Under the pieces are notes generated by a model. The model saw nothing but the letters and a program-made list of their open reading frames with translations. It searched no databases and was not told where the DNA came from. A stretch of 64,000 nt of DNA from Octopus sinensis (taxonomy: Eukaryota): positions 20,906,464 through 20,970,463 of the forward strand of contig NC_043011.1 of NCBI RefSeq assembly GCF_006345805.1, in the 5' to 3' direction. The position numbers were made by a program, and so were the translations under genes. The stretch's first letter is position 1. The number at the start of each line of letters is the position of its first letter. Below, piece by piece: positions 40,503-52,907 of this stretch.

Positions 40503-40650
40503 TACGACAGGCTTCTTTCAGTTTCTGTCTACCAAATCCACTCACAAGGCTTTGGTCGGCCCAAGGCTATAGTAGAAGACACTTGTCCAAAGTGCCATGC
40601 AGTGGGACTGAACCTGGAACCATGTGGCTCGTAAGCAAGCTACTTACCAC
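40368..40650 (-). mobile_element. SINE family A copy (3'-truncated)
   Basis: Matches family A from GCCGAACCGCTAAG to the head. Confidence 0.8.
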
Positions 40651-40904
40651 ACAGCCACTCCTACACCTATAAATAATGATAATAATAAATTTTACTTCAC
40701 AAAAAGAGAAGACCTCTACACAGTCATTCAATCTGCTGGAAAGTAGCAGCCAATTTCCCTTAAATCACACAAACTCATTTAAATCAGCAAAGGGCACAAT
40801 GAACAAAGTAATGATGTATATACAAAATGACAATATAATATATATTACACAACTCAGAGAAAACTACTTAGAGGACACAGCTGATTTTCATAATAATAAT
40901 CCTT

Positions 40905-41342
40905 TCTACTAAAGGCCTGAAATTTGGTGGGAGGGGACTAGTTGATTACACTGACCCCCAGTGTTTCACTGGTACTTAGTTTATTTACCCCTGAAAGGAT
41001 GAAAGTCAAAGTTGAACTTGGTGGAATTTGAACACAGAACATAGTGACAAGCGAAATACTGCTAGACATTTCCATCCAGCATGCTAACAATTCCGCCAGC
41101 TCGCTGCCTTAACAATATTAATAATCCTTTCTACTATAGGCACAAGGCCTGAAATTGTGGCGGAGGGGACTAGTCGATTACATCGACCCCAGTGTTTCAC
41201 TGGTACTTAATTTATTAACCCAGAAAGGATGAAAGGTAAAGTTGACCTTGGTGGAATTTGAACTCGGAATGTGGCGACAGGCAACATACTGATAAGCATT
41301 TCATCCAGCAGGCTAACAACTCTGCCAGCTTGCCACCTTAAT
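40905..41342 (-). mobile_element. Two head-to-tail family B' SINE copies
   Basis: About 220-bp unit repeated twice, each with (TAA)n tail, central CTTTCATCCTTTC domain and GGCAGCGAGCTGGC-like head. Confidence 0.75.
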
Positions 41343-41518
41343 AATGATAATAAATTACTGATTTAAAACACAAGACCAAACAGTCATGGGGAGAAGTTGT
41401 AGTCAATTAAATAAGCACCAGTACTTAACTAGTACTTATCTCATTGATCCCCCAGAAGGAGGAAAGGCAAAGTTAATAATCATGGCTGGATTAGAACTAT
41501 GACCATAAAAGGTTTATA

Positions 41519-41900
41519 CTCTTTTACTTGTTTCAGTCATTTGACTGCGGCCATGCTGGAGCACCGCCTTTAGTCGAGGAAATCGAAACCCCAGGACTTA
41601 TTCTTTGTAAGCCTAGTACTTACTCTATCGCTCTCTTTTGCCGAACCGCTAAGTTACGGGGATGTAAACACACTAGCATCGGTTGTCAAGCGATGTTGGG
41701 GGGACAAACACAGACACACAAACATACATATATACGACGGGGTTCTTTCAGTTTCCGTCTACCAAATTCACTCACAAGGCTTCGGTCAGCCCGAGGCTAT
41801 AGTAGAAGACACTTGCCCAAGGTGCCATGCAGTGGGACTGAACCCGGAACCATGCGGTTGGTAAGCAAGCTACTCACCACACAGCCTCTCATGCACCTAT
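41519..41900 (-). mobile_element. SINE family A copy
   Basis: Full-length reverse-complement copy. Confidence 0.85.
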
Positions 41901-42656
41901 GTATGTTTATTATATATATATATGGCACTCTACTGTTCATGTTAGCACAAGGTCACAAATTTTGGGGGGAAAGTACAGGTGAGTTCATCAACCCAGTATG
42001 TGACTTATTTCTAGTTATCAAATGAGGAAAAATGAAAGGCAATACTACCTTGGGATCTAAACTACTGCATGTCATCTCCCACCCAAGATCTACTCATTGC
42101 ACGATTAGTTATTACTTCAAGAACTCCAAAGACAAGGAGTCAGCAGAATTGTAAGAGCATCAGCAAAACAAAAAAAGTGCCCTATGGTATTTCTTCCAGT
42201 CCTTTACATTCAGGGTTCAAATCGCACTGAGGTCAATTTTTACCTTTTATCGTTTCAAGACTATTAAAAAATGAAGTACATCAAGAATTGGGTCGATTTA
42301 ATCAACCCGTCTCTCCTTTGAAAATTACTGGTCTTGCACCTTCATTAGAAGCAATTCCCTTGAAAATTGCTGGTTTTGCACCTAAATTAGAAGCAATTAT
42401 TCTACAATCTCCAGACAAATAAAATTCATAAGTTAATCCTGTTAGTATCTGAATCAAAAACGAAGAGCGACGAAAACTAAACACAGCAGTAATGCAATTT
42501 AACTTGACTTAGCAGACTATCACCTCCACCACCACCAACAACATCAATAATTTACATACAATATACATACATCCACACAAAACATATAAAACTTATATCA
42601 AAGTAATTTAGAGGAAACTCGTTTGCTGTTAGATTTATGTTTATTGGTTTGTTTAC

Positions 42657-42821
42657 AAGTTCTAAGCTGAGAAGAATAATCTTGGATAGAGCTTAGCAAC
42701 GTAACAACACTAGCAATCAGTCCAGGTAAGGAACGGTATGGTATGATGATATGGGGTGGTGTGCGCCGGCGCAAAGCAGATAATGTAAATTGAGCTAGCG
42801 AAGCCACCATATACCACACAC
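42657..42821 (-). CDS. Candidate coding exon of unknown gene (165 nt, phase 1-1)
   Basis: TTTTCAAAG|...|GTAAAC boundaries; open frame VWYMVASLAQFTLSALRRRTPPHIIIPYRSLPGLIASVVTLLSSIQDYSSQLRT; repeat-free with CpGs. No family recognised. Confidence 0.3.
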
Positions 42822-43299
42822 CTTTGAAAATTTATTATGAGAGCTAGCAGTAGTAAATTTGTGAATGAGGTGAGAGATCTATGTAGAACTACTAATACTA
42901 ATACTAATACTACTATAATAATAATAGCACTTCTACAACCAGTAGTACTATTACTATTAGCTGTATGTTGTTAGTACTATAAATACTACTACACACAGTA
43001 AGCACTGCTTGTACTGCTACAGCTATTACTAAAATCATTAACCACCACCACTACTACCACTTCAAGCAGTACTGCTACTAGTAGTTGTGTTATTTGTACT
43101 ATTACTATCACAACTGCTACATACACAGTAAGCTCTCAATCTGTACTGTTACAGCTATTACCAACACCATTTAACCATCACTACTACTGCTGCTACCACC
43201 ACCACCACTGCTGCTACTACTACTGCCAAATGCAGTAGCACTACGTGTACTACTGTCGATGCTGGCGGTATTAGTTTGTAGTTATTGAAGTAGTATTTG

Positions 43300-44250
43300 C
43301 TGGAAAACTACCTTCATCTCCGGTGCTAGGAAACTGGATCCAAGGTGGGAGAGAGAGAGAGAGAGAGAAAAGGAGAGAGGTGAGGGGGAAAGAGATGGAA
43401 CGCGTAGAATTAACGTGTAATAAAAAGAGGTGAAAAGTGCCCGTTTGCGAGAGTAGAAAACAACGGGTTCTCTTTTAACCAGAGCCCCTCACCATCACCA
43501 TAATACCATTGCCGCCTCCGCCGTCACCGCCACTACCACCTCCACCACATGCCATGACTTACTAGCGGCAACACTAATGCAACAGCAGCAGCAGCTACAA
43601 GAGAATTGAGACAGAAGAAAGAGAAAAGGAGGGGGTGGAGAATTAAGAGACGGACGAAGGAGGAGGGGGAGTGAGAGGAGGAGGAGTGACGTGTGTTAGC
43701 ATACGTGGGCTGGCACAGACAGTCGGGTTGGAAGGAAGGGTGTGTGATTAGGGCGAGGTTTAAGTTAGTGTGTGTGTGAGAGAGGGAGAAAACGATTTCG
43801 TTTCTTTATTTTCGCTTTACGATTTAGCAGTCTCCACCCTGCTAGTCTATCCAAAAGCCTCATTTTTGTGGTATGTTTGTATGTGTGTGTGTTTAGAAGG
43901 GTTAACTGGATCGTTGATGATGACGTCGACAGAATATTACCTGTAGTTATGTTATCGACCCAGGAGGGACTTGAATGTCAGTACACTGGAGTAATTATAA
44001 TAGGAGTGGATTTGTAGAAAAGGCCTCCGTCCAGACAATCAGCGTTTTTTTGTCTCTCTCTCTCTCTGCTATCACAATCACCACTCTAATGGTAATAGTA
44101 GTTATAGCAGCAACTATGGCTGGCTCATTTCTTTGCACAAGTGAAAGTATTCAAGTTATGGAGATAGTTGCAACGGAAGAAGGGTGAGGAGAGAAACAGA
44201 GAACGGAACAGTGACTAAGGCGGGTTGGAAGGTGAGCGAATTCAAATAGA
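43300..44250 (-). promoter_or_regulatory. CpG-retaining, SINE-free region: candidate promoter / 5' UTR exons of a minus-strand gene
   Basis: Many intact CpGs compared with the background. Minus-strand donor (ACAG|GTAATA, about 43947) and strong polypyrimidine acceptors (about 43597, 43335). Confidence 0.3.
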
Positions 44251-44625
44251 GGTTTCCATATCAATTTCTATAAAAATAAATACGTATAAAAATAAAGCAA
44301 TAATTCTGACTGAAGCTGTGGGAGTGGGTAATTTCGTGAGTTCCCTTTTGATAACCACCTGCTTCGATTGACAGAGGCGATGAGATAATGATTATAATAT
44401 TGCTTTTTCACAAGGCACGATGAAAAGAAGATAAATGCTTGATTATACAACCCAAATTACTCGACGAGTACTTAGCAAACCCAACAGGATTTTGACTCGG
44501 ATTGTACAAGGATGAGTCTAAATACTGCTAAGCATTTAAATTCTGGCTGACTGACCGCCTAAAAAGAGAAGCCAAGTCTCTCTTAATTACGTTTACCCAA
44601 ATACTTAACTGGTATTATATTTTCG

Positions 44626-44850
44626 CAGAAACGTTAGCACGCCGGGCGAAATGCTTAGCGGTATTTCGTCTGCCGTTACGTTCTGAGTTCAAATTCCGCC
44701 GAGGTCGACTTTACCTTTCATCCTTTCGGGGTCGATAAATTAAGTACCAGTTACGCACTGGGGTCGGTGTAATCGACTTAATACCTATGTCTGTCCTTGT
44801 TTGTCCCCTCTGTGTTCAGCCCCTTGTGGGTAATAAAGAAACAGGTATCA
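44626..44850 (+). mobile_element. SINE family B copy (5' clipped)
   Basis: GCAGAAACGTTAGCACG...AAAGAAACAGGTAT. Confidence 0.8.
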
Positions 44851-45505
44851 TATTTTATTCAACTCAGAAAGATAAAAAAAGCAAAGTTGACCGTATCAGG
44901 GATTTGAACTCAGAATATAAAGAACCAGAACATTTTTCCAATGCTCTAATGATTCTGCCTATTTTCTTCACTCTTTATTTTTATTATTATTATTATTATT
45001 TCTTCTTCTTCTAATGTCAAGGTGACGAGCTGGCAGTATTGTTAGCGCGCTGGACTAAATGCTTACTTAGCGGCATTTCTTCTGGCTCTACGTACTGAGT
45101 TGAAATTCTGCGGAGGTTGACTTTGCCTTTCATCTTTTCGGAGGTTGATGAAATCAAGTACCAGTCAAGTACTGGAGTTTATATAAACGACTACCCACTC
45201 CCAACACAATATCAAGCCTTGTGCCTTACATTAGATTTGAAAAGATTATTATTTCTAATGCCGTCACAATGTTACAAAGTGGAGACCGGAGGAAGGCATT
45301 AGATTATATCAACTTCAGTACATAGGTGGTGTTTTATTTTAATAGCCAGCTAGTGGGTTTTGAACTAGACAATCAAGGCATTCTATCACCTTAACAAGGA
45401 TTTCTCAAATAGTGCCACACAGCTTGAACATTGTAGGGAACAGACGTATAATAATGAATATATTTTGTTTATTTTATTCATACGGCAGGTATTAAAAAAC
45501 AAGCT

Positions 45506-45890
45506 AGGAGTGGCTGTGTGGTAAGTAGCTTGCTTACCAACCACATGGTTCCGGGTTCAGTCCCACTGCGTGGCACCTTGGGCAAGTGTCTTCTACTATA
45601 GCCACGGGCCGACCAAAGCCTTGTGAGTGGATTTGGTAGACGGAAACTGAAAGAAGCCCGTCGTATATACATATATATATATATATATACATGTGTGTGT
45701 TTGTCCCCCAGCATCGCTTGACAACCGATGCTGGTGTGTTTACGTCCCCGTAACTTAGCAGTTCGGCAAAAGAGACCGATAGAATAAGTACTAGGCTTAC
45801 AAAGAATAAGTCCTGGGGTCGATTTGCTCGACTAAAGGCGGTGCTCCAGCATGGCCACAGTCAAATGACTGAAACAAGTAAAAGAGTAAA
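45506..45890 (+). mobile_element. SINE family A copy (young-looking, CpGs intact)
   Basis: Full length with A/B boxes and tail. Confidence 0.85.
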
Positions 45891-46287
45891 ACCCCAGAGA
45901 GAGAATTTCTAAGATTGGCACACAACTACAGTTTTGAAGGGAGGAATTAGATGATTAAACTGATCCCTTAACTTGACTCGTACCCATTTTATCAACTTGG
46001 GAAGAATGAAAGGTAAAGATGATAATCATGGTAGGATTCGAATTCAATAATAATAATAATGATAATGGCCTAAAATTGAGGAAGAGTGGGGACAAGCCGA
46101 TTACATTGACCCCCAGTGCTCAACTGGTACTTATTTTATCAAGCAAAGTCAGCAGAATTTGAAATGAGAACTTAAAAAGCCATAAGAAGTATACAAACCT
46201 CTTCTCCAAAATTTCAGGCCTTGTGCCTATGGTAGAAAGGATTTTTATTATTATTATTATTATTATTATAATTATTATCATCATCAA

Positions 46288-46915
46288 GGCGGCGAGCTGG
46301 CAGAAACGTTAGCACGCCAGGAGAAATGCTTAGCGGTATTTCGTCTGCCACTACGTTCTGAGTTCAAATTCCGCCGAAGTCGACTTTGCCTTTCATCCTT
46401 TCAGGGTCGATTAAATAAGTACCAGTTACGCACTGGGGTCGATATAATCGACTTAATCCGTTTGTCTGTCCTTGTTTGTCCTCTCTGTGTTTAGCCCCTT
46501 GTGGGTAGTAAAGAAATAGGTATTCTGTCGTTCTACTCTGAGTTCAAATTCTGCCAAGGTCAACTTTGCCTTTCACCCTTTTGGGTTCAATGAACTAATG
46601 AAACTCTGGGGGTTGATGTAATCAATTAGTCCCCACCCCACTAATTTCAGGCCTTGTGCCTATAGTAGAAAAGATTATTATTATTATTAAGGCGGCAAGC
46701 TGGCAGAATTGTTAGCACGCTAGATGAAACGCTTAGTGGTATTTCGCCTGCCATTCTGTTCTGAGTTCAAATTCCACCAAGGTTGACTTTGCCTTCCAGG
46801 TTTTCGGGGTTGATAAAATAAGTACCAGTTGGACACTGGGGATGATGTAATCGACTCATCCCCTCCCCACAAAATTGCTGCCTTTGTGGCAAAATTTGAA
46901 ACCATTATTATTATT
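46288..46915 (+). mobile_element. Cluster of family B and B' (variant tail ...AGGCCTTGTGCCTATAGTAGAAAGGATTATT) SINEs
   Basis: One B monomer followed by B'-type bodies ending in (ATT)n tails. Confidence 0.7.
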
Positions 46916-47130
46916 ATTTACTTTTATTAGCCCAAAGGCTCAAGGATGAAATATTAAAACAACATCAACACTTAAATGCCAATAAAGGGTTCCCGATTGG
47001 GTAAAAAACACCAACAAAAGGGAAGAAAATGCTCTCTTGCAATTGCTTGACACTAGTTTAAATCAAAGCAGACCCATGTAACCTCACAAGAATTTCAGTG
47101 CTTTTAACCTAGCTTTCATAAAACACAATG

Positions 47131-47202
47131 TCCTCAGTAGTATAGTGGTAAGTATCCCCGCCTGTCATGTGGGAAACTAGGGTTCAATTCCCCGCCGGAG
47201 AG
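47131..47202 (+). pseudogene. tRNA-Asp(GTC) pseudogene
   Basis: 72 nt TCCTCAGTAGTATAGTGGTAAGTATCCCCGCCTGTCATGTGGGAAACTAGGGTTCAATTCCCCGCCGGAGAG, colinear with the conserved metazoan tRNA-Asp. It has mismatches in the acceptor and T stems, mostly CpG transitions, and no CCA. Confidence 0.85.
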
Positions 47203-47877
47203 GCGTCTTAATTTACCATCCGAATGTGGCTGTTGCCAGTGCCACCTCGACTGGCCTCCATGCCGGTGGCACGTAAAAAACGCCAACCAATTGTGGCCGT
47301 GGCCGTTGCCAGCCTTGCCTGGCACGTAAAAAGCACCCACTACATTCACGAAGTGGTTGGCGTTGGGAAGGGCATCCAGCTGTAGAAACACTGCCAGATC
47401 AGACTGGGCCTGGTGCAGCCTCCTGGCTTCCCAGACCCCAGTCAAACCGTCCAACCCATGCTAGCATGGAGAGCAGACGTTAAACGATGATGATGATGAT
47501 GATGACAATATGTGATATTAAGATCTTCCACCAAACCTTAGTCACAATTTATGTTCCTAATGCTAGCTGAATAATAACTAAGTTATTTTACTAAATTCTT
47601 TGTTATATTTAAAGTAATTGAAAGAAACACAGAGCATCTTAAATAAATGCAGTAACGAAAGGGTTAAGAACATTGTAGAAAAAATTAGGAGGGTGAACTC
47701 ACAGAGCAGTACGTGGTGCCTATAGCAGCAACTGTCAACCTTATTTTACACCACAAATCGGTTTCGTGAGAGACAATGTTTCCCACGACTGGAGGATCAC
47801 ATGCATAATAAAACACAATAAAATGCATAATCTATAATTTAATTATTATATATAGAATACATATGTATTTATTCCCA

Positions 47878-48031
47878 CTTAAAATGTGGATGTTCTTCTG
47901 TTAGAAACAACTTTACTACAGTATTTACCATGAAAGAAACTCAAAAGTCTAAAAGCTTAAGCCTGTGTGAGAGATTTTCTCATGGTAAATACTACAGTGA
48001 AGTTTTTTCTAACAGAACATCCACGTTTAAG
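47878..48031. mobile_element. Short palindromic MITE
   Basis: CTTAAAATGTGGATGTTC...CAGTATTTACCATGA / TCATGGTAAATACT...GAACATCCACGTTTAAG, inverted arms of about 60 bp. Confidence 0.65.
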
Positions 48032-48314
48032 AGGAGATAAATATTATGTCTTAGTTTAAATACTACCTCGGTTGCTAATATATATTTTTTAATACATATA
48101 TAATACAAAAATACTCTGCAGATTGCAATATTCAATTATGAATTTTAGAATTTATTCTTTCTATGTGGCGCAGAAACCAAATGATCCATCGCCTAGTACT
48201 GGTCTGCAACCTGGTAGTTGGGGTCTCCTGGCTTATAACATTTATTCCACCATAAATTTTGTGGTGGCATTTGCAGGGTATGCTCTGAAGCATACATCTG
48301 GATCAGTCCTATTA

Positions 48315-48575
48315 AACATTTTGTTACTGTATTTATTTTGAGATGCTCTGTGTTTCTTTCAATTACTTTAAATATAACAAAGAATTTAGTACAGCATGGA
48401 AAGCGGACGTTAAACGATGATGATGATGATGAACTTAGTTATCATACAGCTAGTGTTAGGAACATAAATTGAGACTGGGGTTTGGTGGAAGGTCTTAATT
48501 CAAAACTTATGAAAACAAGACATTTGTACTCAGAGCCGGAGCCAGTTTCAGCTGGGTTGGTAATGAAAGGGTTAA
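48315..48575. mobile_element. Second piggyBac-type MITE family (terminus CCCTTT(C/T)GTTAC-like)
   Basis: Ends GTAATGAAAGGGTTAA. An inverted partial copy lies at 47520-47667 and a related copy at about 9590-9810. Confidence 0.65.
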
Positions 48576-49207
48576 AGATTCATCCACTTTCGTATTTGTT
48601 TTCTTTGTCAGCAGACATTAACCTAAAGTTGGTGCTGAGGCTGGTCAGTGACCACATGAACGTTGCAAGTCATGAACCATCAAGGAGAGTCTATATGTGG
48701 CAGCTTGAGCAGCTGGACAGAGCAGAAATAACCAAATTCCTGTCAAACAAGAGATTAACTTAAAACTAAAAGTTACAAGATAATATAGTCTTGATACATA
48801 GTTTGTAAATAAGGCAGAATTATTATGGTTGGCGGGCTTTCATTTTATCATAGATTACTCAATTCAAAGTTGACTGCAGATTACACAAAAACAATTTTTC
48901 ATCAGCACAAGAGGGTCTGTAAGATCATGGACATTGCCACTTCAATACAAGAAAGAAAAATTATAAAATAAAATAATAATCCATTCTACCATGTACACAA
49001 GGCCTGAAATGTGTGGGGAAGGAGTTAGCCAATTACACCCAGTACTCTAATGGTATTTATTTTACCCCAAAAAGCTAAAAAGGCAAAGTCAACTTTGGCG
49101 GAATTTGAACTCAGAACGTAAAGACAGGCAAAATGCCACTAAGCGTTTTGACCGGCATGCTAATAATTCTGCCAGCTCACCACCTTATGAAATAAAATAA
49201 TAATAAT

Positions 49208-49575
49208 AACAAGAGCACTCAGAGAGTACAAACCTCCACCAAGGCAGTGCCAACGTCCTCTCAACGATTAGCTAGAGATGATTTTTAAAATGAGAATACC
49301 TTAAATAAACTCGACTGCTCTTACAAATGAGAAAACTAAAAATGAACCCGACCACTCTCAAAAATTACGTTAAAAAAAAACAAAAAAAACGGAAAAATAA
49401 TCCAGAATCCTTTTCAGGTACTGGATCAATCCCAGAATCTAATCAGTTTGTGCCAGTCACGAGGCAAAACATCCCTGAAAGTTTTATCCAAATCCATCCA
49501 TCGGTTCTTGAGATATCTCGTCCACGGACAAACAAACACGACTAAAAACAATACCTCCGCTAAGGCAGAGGTAAT
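49208..49575 (-). mobile_element. Helentron-type non-autonomous element (HINE/DINE-1-like)
   Basis: Minus strand: subterminal IRs ACCTCTGCC ... GGTGGAGGT, 3' stem-loop GTACTC-TCT-GAGTGC, T-rich insertion context, internal TGTTTGTTTGTC microsatellite. Confidence 0.65.
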
Positions 49576-49974
49576 AATAATAATAATGATCTTTTCTACT
49601 ATAGGCACAAGGCCTCAATTTTTGGGGGGTGGAGGGAATGGGGCTAGTCGATTACAATTATGAAGTAAAATTAAAACAACAACAACAATAATAATCAAAT
49701 TCAAGAGGATTTTCTTTATGTTTTACTTTTTTCAGCCATTGGAATGTGACCATGCTGTGGCACTTCCTTGAAAAGTATCGACCACAGAACATATTTTCAA
49801 GTCAGGATACTTACTCTATTGGTCTTTTTTGCCAAACTGCAATGTTATGGAGACATAAACAAACCAACCTCAGTTATCAAATAGCGGAGTGGAAGGGATC
49901 AAACAGATACAAAAACATTAACTGACACACACACAAATAAATATATAAGTATATATATATATATATATACCAAC

Positions 49975-50290
49975 ATGTTTCAAATCATAAATTCAAACCT
50001 ACCAATAGTCCTACAAAGCCCCAAAATGGAAAACATACTAAACAAATATTGCATAAAAAACAGTAGACGACAAGACAAAAACCTGAAGAAACAACTAACA
50101 AGAGCGAAATTCTCATCAGAAACTAAAACTGAATTCTTTGTAAAAGAGTGCGGAGATGGTAGATGTGGGATCTGCAGCAACCCCACCTACAAATACATAG
50201 AGGGAGACAAAGAAGTGAAATTTAAAAGTGGTCACATATTCAAAGTAAATGCAGATATGAACAGCAAGATGCAGAACATAATATATATAC
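49975..50290 (+). mobile_element. Penelope-like retroelement fragment (RT-to-GIY-YIG linker)
   Basis: SRRQDKNLKKQLTRAKF...ECGDGRCGIC...FKVNADMNSKMQNIIY matches the RR..NL...L + C...RC..C linker + N.IY that precedes the GIY-YIG nuclease. It is flanked by (TA)n runs. Confidence 0.75.
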
Positions 50291-50500
50291 GCATATTTGC
50301 CATTTGAATATGGCTAACCCCTAAGGGTGGATGCTACTGTAGTTTGTAGCCCCAGGAAGATACCTCCTCCAGCTGGCTATAGACACACTTTCTGTGCCCT
50401 AAGTGTGTCTATAGCCAGCTGGAGGAGGTATCTTCCTGGGGCTACAAACTACAGTAGCATCCACCCTTAGGGGTTAGCCATATTCAAATGGCAAATATGC
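50291..50500. repeat. Perfect hairpin: 100-bp arms, 10-nt loop
   Basis: 50291-50390 is the exact reverse complement of 50401-50500; loop TCTGTGCCCT. Confidence 0.95.
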
Positions 50501-51746
50501 ATCACGATGTGTTACCGCTACTGTTTAGAACTCACTGAGATTTATCATTATATATATATATGAGAAAGAGAGAGAGAGACACAGACAGACAGAGAGCTTT
50601 TAATTTCCATTAACCATATACACTCACAAGGTATTGGTCAACCCAGGGCTACAGTAAAAGACGTATACCCAAAACGCAACACAACAAGACCCCAAAATCA
50701 CATGGTTCCGAAGCAAAATTCTCAACTGAACACAAAAAAAAAATGACAATGAATAAAACAACCCTCTGCACATTTATCTCACTCATCAAGACTTCACTTT
50801 AATCAAAATACCACCGATAAATAGTCCTTGAAAAAAAAAATTTCTCTCAACGGTGGGGGGGGGGGGGTGTACCTGGGGATTGCAGATCATTAGAATTATG
50901 GAAGTATTATTTTCTGGGAAGGAAGAAATCAATTGAAAAATAATTGTAGGTCAATTAGGCTAGGGAAGGTCAGTTAAGATCAATCTATTTTGTATTTGAT
51001 AGCTGCTTTGCCTGCCAGCTTGTGTCTGCTATCTTTCTATCTTTATATTTATTCATTGGTGGAAGCCAATGGCAAATGAACACTAGGGACTTTTAAAAGT
51101 ATAAACAAATCATACAAAACACATACATATATATACATCTACATACACATATATATACATATATATATATACATCTACATACACAAATATATACATATAT
51201 ATATATATATATACATCTACATACGCAAATATATACATATATATATCATCATCATCATCGTTTAATGTCCGTTTTCCACGCTAGCAAGGGTTGGACGGTT
51301 CAACCGGGGTCTGGGAAGCCAGGAGGCTGCACCAGACTCCAGTCTGATCTGGCAGTGTTTCTACAGCTGGATGCCCTTCCTAACGTCAACCACTCCGTGA
51401 ATGTAGTAGGTGCTTTTTACGTGCCAGGGGAGGCTGGCAGCAGACACGATCGGTTGGTGCTTTTTACGTATATATACACACACACACACATAAATGGTTG
51501 GGAAGTAATGCTTATGCATCATGTGTGTGATTCATTTGTTTTTTATTTTATTTTACTGTTCTGCAAAGTTACAGGGATGAAAACAAAACTACACTGGTTT
51601 TCAAGCAGTGAGACACACGCACACAAATATGAAAGGCCAAGTCACTCATAAAGCACTGAATCAAAAGTCATATGGTTGTGAAGTGAACTTCTTAACCATA
51701 CAACTATGCCAGTGCCAGTTTATATATATTATATGTGTGTGTTATA

Positions 51747-51784
<38 letters not shown>

Positions 51785-51785
<1 letters not shown>

Positions 51786-52192
51786 GGCGCAGGAGTGGGT
51801 GTGTGGTAAGTAGCTTGCTTACCAACCATATGGTTCTGGGTTCAGTCCCACTGCATGGCACCTTGGGCAAGTGTCTTCTTCTATAGCCTCGGGCCGACCA
51901 AAGCCTTGTGAGTGGATTTGGTAGACAGAAACTGAAAGAAGCCCGTCATATGTATATGTATATATATGTATGTGTGTGTGTGTGTTTGTGTTTCTGTTTG
52001 TTCCCATTAACATCGCTTGACAACCGATGCTGGTGTGTTTACGTCCCTGTAACTGCGTTATTCAGCAAAAGTGACCGATAGAATAAGTACTAGGCTTACA
52101 AAGAATAAGTCCTGGGGTCGATTTGCTTGACTAAAGGCGATGCTCCAGCATGGCTGCAGTCAAATGACAGAAACAAGTAAAAGAGTAAAAGA
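51785..52192 (+). mobile_element. SINE family A copy
   Basis: Full length. Confidence 0.85.
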
Positions 52193-52306
52193 ATATATAC
52201 GTGTGCGTGTGTGTGTGTTATAAAATTATATATATATAAAGACAATATATATATGTATATAAAGACAATATTTACAAAATAATACAAATGTGGTACAATA
52301 TACACA

Positions 52307-52341
<35 letters not shown>

Positions 52342-52907
52342 TACATACATATATATATACACAACAAACACACATTTACAATTACATTTATATATAGTAT
52401 AAAATTTCATTTAGTCTACCAAGTTCTGAACCCAGATTATTTCCAGTAAACCAAAAACAGTGAATTGTATTTTTAGCTATGAATCTCACTTACTTCCATT
52501 TTGCTTGGTTTCAACTCAACAGAGATGAAGAAAGAACAGAAGAAAGAGAGAGAGAAAGAGAAGGGAGAAAGAGAGAATGGTAGAACCACTGAATGGTAGT
52601 ATATCTCCTATATAAATTACATTGAGGCTAACTTTTCCAAATAAATCCCTTAACACTTTTAACATTTAAATCAACCATATCCGGCCTAAATATTCTACCC
52701 GTCTTATTTATGTTCAAACTGGCCTGATCTGTTCTCTCACACCGACCCTACATGATTATTCTAAAAATAAACAATCACAACATCAAAATCTCAAAGCTAC
52801 GAGATAATGCATGATTAATTCGAAATAATGCGAATAAATAAGCATTACAGTTGACAGAGTAATCTGAATGCTAAAGGGTTAACTATTTCACCCGAATAAA
52901 AGACTAT

